Shown here: positions 48,611 to 62,369 of the stretch, piece after piece
How the letters are laid out: every line of letters begins with the position of its first letter
Numbering within the stretch: the stretch's first letter is position 1
Made by a program: the position numbers and the translations under genes
Assembly: GCA_016748015.1 (NCBI GenBank)
Contig: JAAOMT010000468.1
Coordinates: 682,001 to 746,000, forward strand
Length of the DNA stretch: 64,000 nucleotides
DNA from: Geosiphon pyriformis uo1
Lineage: Eukaryota; Fungi; Glomeromycota
Reading direction: 5' to 3'
The notes under the pieces: generated by a model
Seen by the model: only the letters and a program-made list of their open reading frames with translations
The model's database searches: none
What the model was told of the DNA's origin: nothing

Positions 48611-51600
48611 GTGGCAGAATCAGAAAGTATAAGAGTAAATTATTTAGGATTCATGAAATCCTTATTTCAATACTATTGTCAACACTTAAGATTAAACCAA
48701 AATCATATATCAATGGAATCAGCCTTCAATTTCTATGCCAATGAGAAAATTGCATATTTGTTAGAAACACCAATAAACACTGAATCAGTAAGAGAAACTT
48801 TTTACCACAAATTAATCCAAAACACCAGTCTACCAACAAATTATAATTTTGCATTCATCATTACTGAGATTAATAAAGAAATTGAACATCACACACAACA
48901 AAGATACCCAATCACTTATGCTAGTAAAGGCAAAGGAAAATTACAAACACTAGTAGTGACACCAAAACAAATACAACTACCTACTTGGAAGAAAACCAGA
49001 GTTAAATTACCAACAAATTCATCATACCACTATACATCTAGAAGTGCCATCAACATTACATCAACAGGCACGTCCACATTACATGCGACATCAACTTTTG
49101 AACAATTCCCATTTCAGAGTAAACAAAGGAAAAAAGATCTTCTAAGACCATATGGCATGTATTTTGAAGGATTTAAGTTCCAATCACCAACACCATCAGG
49201 ACTTTAATTTCCACCACTCCAACCAGATTTCAAAACCATGAGTCTCTGAGAAGTAATGAAATTGGAGGAAGAACAAAAAGAAGAGGAAGAAGAATCTGAA
49301 GATCAAGAATTTACTTACCAGAACCCAATCCCAGAGAACCCGAACATTGAAACCCCAAATTTTCAGACTTAGCAAAATCTAAATTTAGAAAATCTGGAAA
49401 TTGAAACTCTGAATTTTCAAATGCAGCCAAATTAGAATGACCAAAACCTCGACTTAATTAATCAACAAAACTTATCTTCTAGAATCATCATTAATTAGCC
49501 ACTAGCTGAACCCATATGACACCCACCCCAACAACTGTTTCAACAAATTTATCAGCCACCTGTACCACAAAAACAACAACAAATAGCATATGCACCAATC
49601 ACAAAGCTTAATAAATTTACTGGCAAAGAAGACGATGCCCAAGTCTGACTAAATAATATAGCTAAAGCAATTACAGCCAATAACTGGAACAATGTTAGAG
49701 CCATATAAGCAATTCCCTAATTTCTTCAGAACACCACCAATGCATGGTACCAAAGCTTGCCATCAAACCCCAAAATTTTAACAAATTCAAAACTGAATTT
49801 TTAAGGTATTTTAGTAACAATAATAGCATCAACAAGTTAGCCAACACCTTTACCACAATCAAACAAGGGGAAACTGAAGCAGTTACCACTTACTTGAAAT
49901 GATTCTACAAGAACCTATGCCAAATTCAAGTGATCTAAGCTGACTATTTTACAGCGCTACAAATTCTAAACCAGTTCATCTATGGGTTGTGCAGTAGCAT
50001 CCTCCAATGCATATGCCCAATGCACCCACAAACTCTCCAGGACACAGTTACCAATGCATGAAATTTCGAAGCAGCTAAACTAGAAGCCAATCATGCTCAA
50101 GCCATAAACCTGGTCATGAATGAATCATCTGAATTGGATTCCAAATTGAAACAATTCAGTGATTCAATTAATCAGAAATTGAAAGAATACTTAGCTGACA
50201 ATTATGCAATATATTAACTACCACAATGATGCAATAATTCTGGAAACATGGATTGTTTCCAGAATCAGTCGTGTTCAACATCTTTGACCAATCAACAATA
50301 GCAGCAGAAAATGCGTATTTGCTACTATTGTGATAGACAAAGACATTTGCAATTTGAATGTTGAAAAAGGATAAGCAACCAAAGATTAGTTAATCAGTAT
50401 TGAAACTCTGATTGCTGACTACAAACTCAGAATTATGTCAATAATCAATCAAACTTAGCTCTATATCAACAAGATTACCTACTTATGATGCAGCTGATAT
50501 ATCAAACACCAATGATGTAGCAATTATACTCATCTCCAGTTTATCAGCCTCCAGCAGCAATTTATCAACTGCAGTCCCAACCCAATTATCAGCCGTAGTC
50601 TCAGATAAATTATCCATCCCAACAACATTAAACACCACCACAGAACCTACCTCAAAACAGAATTCAAAGACTGAGATTAACACAGCAAAGCTGGAGATCA
50701 TCAATGATAGTCTATTAACCAATCTCCAGTTCCACAGCACAACCATCAGGATCTCAACCATGGAATTCGGGCACTGGATACACCCAAAACCCAAATTCCC
50801 AGAACTATTTAAGTCTCCTAGTTACTCCAGAAGATGCCCCACCCAATAATCTTGAAACCAACCAAAAACAATTACTCACCAATAATATACCTCCAACTAC
50901 TATCACCAATAACAAATTACTAGCAGTGATCTTTCCATTCAAACTTGAAGAAACCACACCAGTCCCATTATTCAGTGGAGCCACTCTTGTCACCAAACCA
51001 ATTATTACTATGTACATTGATGTCAAAGTCAATGACCACTCCATTAAACTGATCCTAGATAGTAGATCAGCTGGCAGCATTATTACAAAGCAACTCATGG
51101 ACCAATTAAGTCATCGAGTTGATTGCGCTGCCAGCACCAAAATCATAACTGCTGATGAAGCAATTAAAACTCCCATTGGTGAGATTGATGACTTCCCTAT
51201 AGAAGTCAATGGTATTATTGTACTAATCAAAGTATTAGTCATAGAAACCATCCAATACCAAGCACTTATTGGTAATGATTGGCTATCTAAAACCAATGCA
51301 TTGCTTGATTGGAATATGCAGGAGCTTCAAATCAGCCAAAATGGATGACACACACGTGTACCAGCCACGTGTGACCACTTCACGACCACCAACTCGACAG
51401 CACCACTCATAGAGTTCGAAGAAGAAAAAGAAAAACCTATCTGGGAAGCTTATCAAGTGTCTTGGGCCGACAAAGAACACAATAAGCTGCTGCCAGTACC
51501 TTTGTGGAACAACAATAACAGGAAAAAAAAAAAAAAAGAAGAACTTACCTAGAATGCTGACCAAAACTGGGAAACCCATAACAATCAGGACAAATTATCA

Positions 51601-54600
51601 ACAACCTGGGAATAAGAAGAAGATTAAATAAAAGGAAAAGGGAAAGAGAAAGAAAAAAATTCCATACCAATTCCTATTCACCCTACATATATGTACACAA
51701 CACCACAATTAAGCTATCATTATCTAAAACTCATATGTGTTGATTGCGACAAGAAATTGTTGTCAATAGATGCATGTTGTGGTGACAATGAGAAATACTC
51801 AACAGTGACCAAATTCTATTGCCACACATGTGTCATAGAATGCTTTAAACATCCAAAATGAAAAGGGAAATGGAACAATGAATCATGTTTGGCTTGTGGT
51901 AAAACTCTTCTGGACAAAGAAATGTGGAATGACATTTTTGGACAAGGAAGAACATGCGACAAATCATGTCAATACATGATTCTCATAAGCAACTGGATAA
52001 GAAAAAAAATGCCCATAAATGCCATCTAGAGACAAGCCATCAAATGTCTGAATAGATGTCCACACAATGATGATGAAATCTGGCAAATAGCACTTGCCAA
52101 AATCAAAAGAGTGACCCAGAAGAAATAAAAACAATCAAAAACAACCCACCTGAATCCATAGAACTTGACTAAGACCCAGAACCAGTCATAAATCTACTAG
52201 ATCCAGAACAATTCCATGAACACAACCAGGAATTAGCACCCACTAGAGAGGAACAAAAGCAACAGTTGGAAGAAATCAATACTTGACTATGTGATTATTG
52301 TTTAATTCCCTGTGACTTCCAATATTGTAATGAGTGTGACCTCATTTACAATCTACCACCATGCATAATCTACACAATCCCAGAGGAAAAAGAACCAATC
52401 AGTAGTTGTGCATCAGAATTGGAATCAGTTTCCAATCCCGATTCAGACTCCGACAATGATGATGACAAAAATAATGGTTCTAGCTTTGTTCAAAATGACA
52501 ATAACAATGACAACAATTCCAACTTAGATTCAAACTCTGATTTAAACTACAAACAATATATTGCGCTCTCTGACCTCATCAAAGAGCAGGAACTAAAATG
52601 GTTCAGTGATAATAATAAAGGTATTATGCCAGAATGCATGCATGATACCAACATAGAGTTTGATCTGAAATATCTGGGGAATGATCCCATCAAATTGGAA
52701 CTACATTCACACACTTGCATCGATCTGAAAATAGTACTGGAAATTCCAGCAACAATAATGATTCAACTAGCATTCAGGAGTAGTTTAGCAAAAAAGGGAA
52801 TTAACATTAGAGGAGGAATAATTGACGCAGAATATGTAGAAAATATCATTGCTATGCTACAAAATGATTCAGAAAAGGCATATACCATAGATCCAAATGA
52901 AAAAATAGCACAGGCAATATTTCTATCTCTGGTGAAAATAGCTCAATTAGTGTCAGTGAGAAACAGGGAGGAATTAGGGATTACAGCTAAAGGGATACAG
53001 GGATTCAGATCAACAGGTAGAATAGATATACCAGTCAATATGGCAGAGGAAGAAATTGTTGACAAAGGAGAAATTATCTCAACCTGTCAAGCAATTTCCA
53101 TTCCACCATATAACTGGTATATGTTAGCCATAAAAAGAGAAGTGAAGGATCAAGCTCAATTGTTTGAAGCAGAAGCCACCATTTGTGAATTAGGAGAGAT
53201 TGGACTTATCAATCTCTACATCTCAGCCAACAGCCCCAAAAATATTAAAATTCCCATCCACAATACAACTGGAAACGTTATTGAAATACCAAAGAAAACT
53301 ATCATTGGATATTTAACCACTGAAGTTGAGGATCAACCACCAAACCACATTCCAGATTTTTCACAACTGTGTGAATATGTGGACATTACATCACAAACCA
53401 TCTACAGATAAAGTGAATGCTATCTGCTCCAATCAGAACAATTAGAACAGATAAACATGAGAAATCTAGACCCACTTCAACAAATGCAACTAAAAATGTT
53501 ACTCAGCAACTTCAATGACATCTTTGCTAGTGAAAATGAATTTGGCTGCACTAATATCATCTAACATCAGATCAAAACTGGAGATGCAATGCCAATTAAA
53601 CAAAGAACATACAGAGTACCACTAGCTAGCCATGAGATCATTCATCAAGAAATCAATTGGATACTTGACAATAGGCTAATTCAGTCATCAATAAGTCCAT
53701 GGTCATCACCAGTAGTACTAGTCCAGAAGAAGAATGGAAAAATTTGCTTTTGTGTAGATTACTGGAAATTGAATGAAGTAACCAAGAGAGACAACTATCC
53801 AACTCCAAAGATCCAAGAACTATTCAATACTTTTGGAGAAAACAAATAGTTCTCGACACTGGATCTAGATAGTGACTACTGGCAAGTAGCCATGGATCCA
53901 GCTAACAAAAAAAAAACCACATTTACAACAAAAAAAGAGAATTTTGAATTTGAAATTATGCCATTTGGCTTGATAAATGCTCCAGCAACATTCCAACGGC
54001 TCATGGAAATTGTATATACTGGACTACTATGGAAATCAGTAGTTATATACTTAGACAACACCAATGTATTTTCAAAAACATTCGATGATTATCTGCATCA
54101 CCTCTAGCAAGTGTTTGAAAGACTAAAAAGAGCCAGATTGAAACTAAATGCAATGAAGTGTTCTTTGGAAAAACTGAACTCAAGTTTTTGGAACATGTTG
54201 TAAGCAAAGATGGTATCAAAATAGATCCAGATAAGATCGCAATAGTAAAGAACTTTCCAGTACTAACAAACTTGCCAGAATTAAGGGCATTTTTGGGATT
54301 CACAGGCTATTATTACCGCTTCATCAAAGACTTTTCCAAATTAGCTTAGCCACTTCACTAGCTACAAACTAAGAATGTAAAGTATGAATGAACTGAAGCT
54401 CAACAAAAAACATTTAACACATTGAGAAGAAAGCTTATTCAAGCTCCAGTGTTGATGTATTCAGACCACAGCAAACCATTCATCATCACTATGAATGTAT
54501 CAGATTAAGCATTGGGAGCAGTACTATTGCAGAAAAGACCAGATAGAAGAGAACATCTAGTAGCTTATGCCAGTAAAAGTTTAAGTCCAGCTGAAAAGAA

Positions 54601-54850
54601 CTATGGAACTCCAGCACTAGAACACTTAGCAATCTATTGGGCAGTCATGAAATAGAAAAAATACTTAAGCCAAAAGTTTGAAATATACACAGATCACAAG
54701 AGACTGACTTCAATTCAGAAACAAAAATTTGCAGACAATTACCATGCCAGATGGAAAATAGAACTTTTACTATTTAACTATACAGTACATTATAAAAAGG
54801 GAAAAGATAATGGAAATGCTGACGGATTGTCATGAATGAGACAAATCTAA
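48611..54850 (+). pseudogene. E4 Gag-PR-Cys domain-dUTPase-RT-RNaseH polyprotein (decayed)
   Basis: KLNKFTG capsid start, CYYC....H....C, LILDSRS, RSSLA/GGIIDAEY/IAQ, WSSPVVLV, MPFGLINAPATFQ, YLDN; ends NADGLS(R)MRQI*. Confidence 0.92.
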
Positions 54851-54880
54851 AAACATTCCAACTCAAAAATATAACAAAAA

Positions 54881-56257
54881 ATGAATATACAAAAATACCA
54901 ACAACTACAACATTATATAAAGACTCAATTGTTCAAGGAGAAATTATCTCAAAAAGAACAAAGAGACATAAAACAACAATCCAAATATTTTATCAACCAT
55001 CAAAATATACTTTACCGGAAAAACAAGAGAAATCCAGATCAACCAACCAGAGTAATCACAGAATCAGAGAAAGAGACAATATTATTCAATATGCATTCAA
55101 ACCCAATAGTAGGACATTTTTACAAAAAAGCAACCATAAAAAGAACCAGAAAAAAATACTATTGGCCAGCAATGTATCCAGACATCATCTAATACATGCA
55201 AAATTGTGATACTTGTCAGAGAAGAAAAAAAGCAAGACCAAGTGAACCATTAAGACCAATCAAAGTGAGACAACCATTTGATCACATTGGAATTAACTTA
55301 GTCGGACCATTAACAATTACCAGCAGAGGCAACAGATATATCGCAGTAGCCATAAACTATCTCACCAAATGGTCAGAAGCAAAAGCCATTCAAAAAGCAG
55401 ATGCAGAATCCGTTGTCAAATTTGTTCATCAAGATTTGATTTATTAACATAGATGTCTAAAAAAACTATTATCAGATTAAAAAACTCACTTTGTGAACAG
55501 AACACTGGCAGAATTAAGTCAAAGATTTGGAATTAAAAGACCATTATCATTACCATATCATCCATAAACCAATGGACTAGTTAAAAGATTCAATAGAACA
55601 TTGTGTGAAGCAATTGCCAAAATCAGTCAAAAAAACCAAGACAAATGGGATTTGTTTATACCATCAGTATTATTTGCTTATCAGACAATAAAATAAGATA
55701 CCACATAAGCAACACTATTTGAATTAGTATATGGTAGAACAGCAACATTACCAGTTGAGATAGAGGTCAATACATATCCAACTGAACCAATAACAGAAAA
55801 TAATTTTCAAGAAACATTGTTGAGAAGAACATATGACTTAATGGAAACACTAGAAAACAGATGACAAAAAGCAGCTGACAATATACAAAAGTCATAAAAG
55901 AAACAAAAAAAGAGACATGATAACCAACTATCAGACAAACCAGTTGAATTCAAGATTGGAAAAAAAGTACTTCTACATCATACTAAAACAGAAAAACAAT
56001 AGAGTAGAAAATTTGACCTCAAATGGGATGAACCATTTCACATTAAAGAAATTCTTGGAAATAGAGCTTACAAATTAAGATAGGACAACAAAATCTTAAC
56101 CAAAGCAGCACATGGTGATTGACTGAAACAATATCACCAAATAGCATCATCATCCACCAATAATATTCCACAACTAAGAATACAAAGAATACTAGTTCAA
56201 CCAGATAAGATTTCATGAGATCTGGAACCAATCATAGTTATTGAACCAAACACGTAA
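54881..56257 (+). pseudogene. E4 integrase from ATG 54881
   Basis: MNIQKYQQLQHYIK, MHSNPIVGHF...CDTC, GINLVGP, YLTKWSEA, KWDEPF, DLEPIIVIE. Confidence 0.92.
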
Positions 56258-56316
56258 AATCAAACAATCAGAGAGTATATAAAGACACATTATACACAAC
56301 AAAAGCAATCAAGAAA

Positions 56317-56952
56317 ATGGAAATACCAGATCATATTCACACTATAGCTCAACAACTGTTCCAGGCCTTAAGTCAACAACAGTTAGACATGGAAATTATC
56401 ATTAACAACCAAACAATTTGCTATCAAAACACTAAAAGAAAGACAAAGAACACACCATATCAGTAAGTACTAAAGAATAATAAAAACTGGTCAGATAATA
56501 TAATAGAAAAAGTAAAAAACACGTTTGGGAAAATACTTATTATAGCACCAACAGAAGAACTTACAAAAGAAAATTGGAAGCAGTGAACAGAACAACTTCC
56601 AATATTATACTGTTACTACCAGTTAGGTCGGAAGTTAAATATTCAGAAGTTGTATATCAACAAATCCAAGAGAATATTCAACCAAGACATAATACAACAA
56701 ATTGAAGAATTTATCAAAAAGAAAACAAATTCAACACTACATATTAGAACAATATACCAACTACACAACATATTTCAAAACTATCCAGAAATACTGTTAC
56801 ACTCTGACATAGAAACCATAACCATTAACCAATAGGAAAGAATGAACAATACACAAGTGGAAGACATAAGAAACAGAGTTGAACAAACAATACTTGAAAA
56901 AAAAGTATTAGAATCAATTCAAAACAAAGATTTTGACAAAGCTCAATATTAA
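56317..56952 (+). pseudogene. E4 ORF3, distant homologue of family A ORF3 (three nonsense codons, no frameshift)
   Basis: Manual translation: MEIPDHIHTIAQQLFQAL...LPILYCYYQLGRKL...IRTIYQLHNIF. Confidence 0.72.
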
Positions 56953-56966
56953 AAAGGAGGAGATAA
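56951..56966 (+). other. E4 polypurine tract
   Basis: AAAAAGGAGGAGATAA abutting TGTTAC. Confidence 0.88.
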
Positions 56967-57848
56967 TGTTACTCATAGAAAAAAAAAACAGATATAGAAA
57001 AATAGGAGACCAATAAGAGAATAGTAGTTAGCACATGAGCACATTGCTTAGCAATGTGGAGCAATGTCAGAAAGTATGGCATATTGCTCAGCAATATGGA
57101 ACAATATTAGAAATTACGGCACATCACTCAGCAATGTAGAGCAATGTCAAGAAAATACAGCATATTGCTTAGCAATGTGAGTATTGCTTGAGAAATTATA
57201 GCACATTGCTTGGAAATATGAGTGATTTCATAGAATCCAAATTATGTATATATAGCAGTAGCATTAGAAGTAGAAAAGACAGATCTCTCAGTTTAGATTT
57301 GATCTAAACAACCTTCCCTTCACAAATATCAATAAATAATTATTTACCATCTTAATCCACTCTCTACTATTAATACTTCATGTTGATAGTAAGTAATACT
57401 TAACCACATGAGAACAATAGCCTTTGATCATAGCTATTGACAGAATACTAATGTGCAATTGCTTTCATTTATTTTTTTATTTTTTATTTTATTTTCCTTG
57501 TTTTGTCATTTCATTGGTTTTACTAAACTGATTAAAAAATTAAGTGCTAAGTTATTAACGTCAAGGATAGTCTGGTAAAAGACCCCAAAAGAAGAGTATA
57601 GAAATTGAAAATTTAAGAATAACTTACCAGAAAAGCATTTCTGCCAAGATTACTAGCCACCATGCTGAGAAAGAAATTTGATGGAATTGTGATTTCGGGA
57701 GGCTACAGAAAAAACAACACTTGAATCTCTGTCTATTATACAAAAAACTCCACAACAAAACCTTCAGATATTAACACCAAAATACCAACTCAGCACCAAA
57801 TTATGGATTTGTTATTTGACTTGAGACCCCAAATAATCATCTGTAACA
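56967..57848 (+). repeat. E4 3' LTR (882 bp)
   Basis: TGTTAC...GTAACA, followed by TSD ATGA. Confidence 0.96.
57040..57220. repeat. U3 array of 19-bp palindromes CACATTGCT-Y-AGCAATGTG at 40-41 bp period (also 47770-47920)
   Basis: Units start at 57040, 57080, 57120, 57161 and 57202. Confidence 0.85.
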
Positions 57849-57852
57849 ATGA

Positions 57853-60800
57853 AAACAGATCTGGGAGGAATGCGAGTTTTAAGTTTTGTTTGAATTTGGG
57901 TTTGGTCAATTCTTTTGTAGATTATTCTTTGGCCAAAACTGCTACATAGAACAATTCAAAAGGGATTAAAAGGACTATTGACTACATTTTTGTTAATAAA
58001 AACTTGGCTTCAGCAGTTGCAAGTCATGTGATTGGCTCTGTTTCTGGTTTTTTTGATATTGATCACAAGACTGTTACAGTGTCTATTGGTTTAGGTGGCC
58101 TCTTAGATGACTGTCTGAATAGCTTGTACAAACAAGCAAATAAAAATCATTGGAAGTTCAATATTAAGGATGTAGATGGGTTCAAGTGAATTAAGTTTAA
58201 AGATTATGTGGCTTCCAAGCTGTTATTGGCAGAGGACAAACTTTCTGATGCTGAGACAGATAGTAAAATAGATGATATATGGGTTATTCTGGAGAAGGTG
58301 ATAGTAAAATTGGTCGATGAGATATTTTTGAGACACTGGTTTAGTGAGTTTTAGTGTTCAAAAAACAGACATTTTTCCAGGTTTTTTGGATTGAAAATGT
58401 TGGCTGCCAAAATTGTTAAGAAATTTAATTCTGGTGATGCTGTTGGAGTTGATCATCTCATAAAAACTTGGTCAACTTTGAATAAAGCCAATACCCATGT
58501 TTTCATTGACCTGGTTTTTTTAGATAACTATCCTGTGTCTATTCTTAAACATTTGTTCTTGGTTCATAAAAGTTATAGGAAGTCTAAGATGCATAAATCA
58601 AGATTAACTGAAAAAGCATCTATTAGGAAAGCAATAGAAAAACAAATAGAAAAGGTGGTGTTGGATTACTTGGTGATGGATAATAAACTGGTTGTGGAGC
58701 CAACTAAGGTTAAGTCTAGTGTAGATAGAATTATGAAGAGTTGGACAAGAAAGCAAATAGTGCCTCCAGCTTTGTCCAATCTCTAGACCTGCCAGTATGC
58801 ACCTTTAGATTATGTGAAGAATAACATCTTTTCTGGTGTGATGCATCCTATTGGCTTGAGCAAATTGGTTTTGGTCATTGGTAATTTACCTAATGGAAAG
58901 ACTGCAGACTTATCTGGCATCCCTAATAAACTGTAAAAGCATGGTAGTAATACAGTAGTAGATTGTTTGTTGAGACTGCTAAATATGTGCTTGAATGTAG
59001 ATGGTGTGCTTGTTCTATGGAGGAGGGCATAGGTATCAATGATTCCAAAACCCTATAACTGGGATAGAGTTCTTACAAACACTCGTCCTATTACATTGAT
59101 TGAAACCCCAAAGAAGATTCTTTCTAAAATTCTATTTGATCATATTTCATTTGCCTGCAGTAAATTTGGTATCCTCCAAGGTAATAACTTTTCAGTACTG
59201 AGAAGCACTTTTACATAATCTCCAGTGTTTGCTGTTGGATCTGTTATTAAAGATGCTCTCGAGAAGAACAGGGAAATTTGGTTGATTTTACAAGATATAC
59301 AAAAAGCTTATGATTCTGTTAGTTGGTACCATCTGAGAGCTAGCTTGCTGTGGATCAAGATGTGTGACAGATTTATAAAGTTTTTTGGTAGTATACATGA
59401 AGATAAGATTAATAGGGTTATGACTGATTTTGGTCTGTCTAATGGTTATAAGGTGTATAATGGATTGGATCAGGGTGAAATCTTTTTACCTCTTCTCTGA
59501 AGAATATTTTATGATCCTTTTTTGTGTAAGATTAAGAGACATGAACATTTGTGTGGGTACTGGATTGATACTAAGTTTGTTTTAAGATCAGAAAGAATTG
59601 AGAATAGTGGTAAGTTAACATCTCATTTTGCAGCTGGTGCATTTGTTGATGACACAATATGAGTTGGGAGCTGTCAGGCTTTGACTTAGTATGCTTTGAA
59701 CATTGCCAGTGAATTCTTTGATGTTAATAACATTTTCATTAACAATGATAAAATGGTTGCTATCCCTATTAATTAGGGTGTTAAGATTGCTTCTTTGAGT
59801 ATTTGTGGTCAACCAATTTTGATTGCCAAAAAAAAAAAAGCGCATTATTATTTAGGAATTTTTTTGTCTACTGAGGGTCTGTTCAAGCCGAGTGTTGTCA
59901 AAGCTTATTTTGATGTTTGTTTCTTTGTTAATGTTGTGTTGAGAAAAGCTATTACTAATAAGCAGTTTTCATATTTGGTGTTGGCTGTCTTGCAACCTAT
60001 TGTCAGTTATTAGATTCAGTTCAGTTTTGTTTCATCAAATGTTTGTTGCAAGTGAAATGTCATGGTTATGAAGGATCTCAAACTTAAGATCTGCCTTTTC
60101 CATAACTTTTCCAATATGGCTTTGCATCATTCTTTGTTGTATGGTCTAAAAATCTTCAAGCAGGTTCAGTCTGAGAATAAATTGGCAACTGTGGTCTCTT
60201 TTTTTAATGTGTTGGGCATTTTGGAATGCTTGTTCAATCATAGATTTTTGGACTTGCAGATTATGGGCTGGGCTTCTATAAATCTTTTGCAGTTTTCTGT
60301 CAGGTTACATGTTAATCCTGTAAACAATTTTTTGGCTGATGTGATGAAAGTTTTTTTGCACAATGAGCTGTCTTTGGTAAATAACCTACTTAATGTCTTT
60401 TGCAGTCCTGGTGTTTTTCTTATGTTACTGGTGTTGAAAAACACTCTTTACTTCAGTTTTGTGCATTCTTTAAAGCATTTTGGTGTTGCATTTGGTGACA
60501 GGCTGCTGGATAAAAAGGAATAGACTAGAAAACTTTTCGGTGGTAGAAGAGGCTTGATCTGAGGGGACCTGTTCTTTCTTGGTTCAAACAAACATCTCAA
60601 TTTCTAAGTAATGGTGGCATTTTGTTATCTAATATTACAAAACCTGGCCAGCTTCATGGTTTAAACATTTTGAATTCTCAGAAATTTTCTGTTGTGCAGA
60701 GTAGCTTGCATGAGATTTGGTTTAGTTTATTTGACATTTTCACGAATAGTTCAGTAAAAAATCTTGGCTCAGCTGATGTCACTAGTGGTGCAGCTGTGTA

Positions 60801-62022
60801 TTTTTCTGCTATAGATTTTAGTCTTGGGGTTGGAGTTTGGGTTTGTTGTCTTCTATTTTGGCCAAGTTACAGGCCATTGCTTTGGCACTGGAGTGCATCT
60901 CATTTTCTTGTACAGTAGCATTATATACTGACAGTCAAGCTACCATTGATGCTTGCATGTCTGAAATGTTGTCTGCTGTGCTCGACTTCTATGCTTCATA
61001 TTGGGTGGAAAAACATCATATTTTTAATTTGATTTATAAGAAGAATATTAATATGAGATGAATAAAGGTTAAAAGTCATTCTGAAATTTGTGGCAATAAG
61101 AAGACTGATGCTGTGGCTGGTAATACTACATGTTCTCAGTTTTCCTTGCCGGTGGGAGTACAGAAACATTTTTTGATGACTAAAAACATAGTTGTGTCTG
61201 ACAATGTCCAGCATTTTGTTCATAATTTGTACAGATCTATTTGTTGTGCTCATTGGGAAGCCAGATCTGGTTGCAATGTTATTCTGAATGTATTAAGTAG
61301 AAGTGTTGATTAGGGAGCCATCTTAAGAATATGGCACTCTGACTTACATATGCTTCCTGGATCTACTAGTCGAAAGTCTTCTGTTTTACATTCATATTTA
61401 ATAAAAGCTGTATACTGACAACTTCCAGTAGCAGTTAGGAAAAAATTGTATGATAAAAGTTATTCTGGTGTGCTATGTTTGCTGTGTGATAAAGTGGAGC
61501 TGTCTGATCATGTCTTTTTATGCACTTCGGATGCTGGTGTTCAGAGAGAGATTCTAGTTGAGACTGCTACTTTATGAGTCTCTTTGGTGGGAACTGGTGT
61601 TTTATCCTTCTTCTGCTGTTTTGTGGTTCCTTGGTCTTTGCTCTTTAGATGTTGGTCTATACTTGATTGTGTATAAGGAATTTGTTATGGAGAATTGGTG
61701 TGTGGAAGCTGTTGGGGTTTTTGATAATAGGAAAAAGGCTGTGGATATTGTTGTTGATTATGTAAGGCATTTTATTAAGTTATATTATTCTAAGATCTGG
61801 CTGGTAAAATCTAAGCATAGGGTAGACATAGAAAGAGCTGGCTTGGTCAGTAATGGCAGATTGGTGTCAGGTTTGGCATGTTATGTGGTGCAGATATTGT
61901 CAGATAGTATGGTTAGGATGCTTGGCATTGCTGACTTCTTTGCTGTTAGTTTTAGCCATTGCAGACTTTGTCTTTTTTTTTCTAAGTTAGATTGCAATTC
62001 ACATGTCATTTTAAATGTGTAG
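57853..62022 (+). pseudogene. LINE C ORF2 part 2 (endonuclease end, RT, RNase H, Zn finger)
   Basis: TIDYIF, IDHK, TRPI.LIE, QDIQKAYDSV, GLDQGE, AFVDDT, YTDSQ, CLLC..VE..DHVF.C. Confidence 0.93.
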
Positions 62023-62160
62023 TGTTGTTTTGTCTGGCCTGAGTGGCTAGCCACATATAGCAAATGCATGAACTATATTTAGTTTGGGCTTTTTAGTATG
62101 GCTCTATATACTAAATAGTAGTTGGGCTTTACTTGTTAAATGCATTTAATAAATAAAAAT

Positions 62161-62369
62161 ATATATTAAATCAATTAATTTAATTTAATTTTACTTAATA
62201 TATTATTTTTTTAAAAGTTAATAATTTAGATAATTTAATTTAAAATATTAATTATATATTAATAATATCAAGTATAATTATAATTAATATAATCAAAAAC
62301 ATAAAAAAATTTATTATTATTAAATTACATATATTAATTAATTAGTTTTTTTTAGTTTTTTTTTAATTA
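62161..62369. other. A/T spacer between the converging 3' ends of LINEs C and D
   Basis: Low-complexity A/T sequence. Confidence 0.75.

Larger units (their letters stand above)
47697..57848 (+). mobile_element. E4: Ty3/gypsy-type LTR retrotransposon, family B
   Basis: LTRs at 47697-48547 and 56967-57848, unrelated to family A LTRs; TSD ATGA at 47693-47696 and 57849-57852; PBS, PPT; same domain order as family A. Confidence 0.96.
45150..62160 (+). mobile_element. LINE C: apparently full-length non-LTR retrotransposon interrupted by E4; ends approximate
   Basis: ORF1 45275-47242; ORF2 rejoins as LGGDFN|ENRSGRNASFKFC across E4; conserved 3' UTR and A-rich tail near 62150. Confidence 0.93.

Noticed and set aside
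50463-50850. Ser/Thr-rich alternative frame in E4 suggesting overlapping gag/pol ORFs
   Set aside because: The Q/P/Y-rich frame is continuous with both the CCHC knuckle and the protease; the alternative frame is a by-product of composition.
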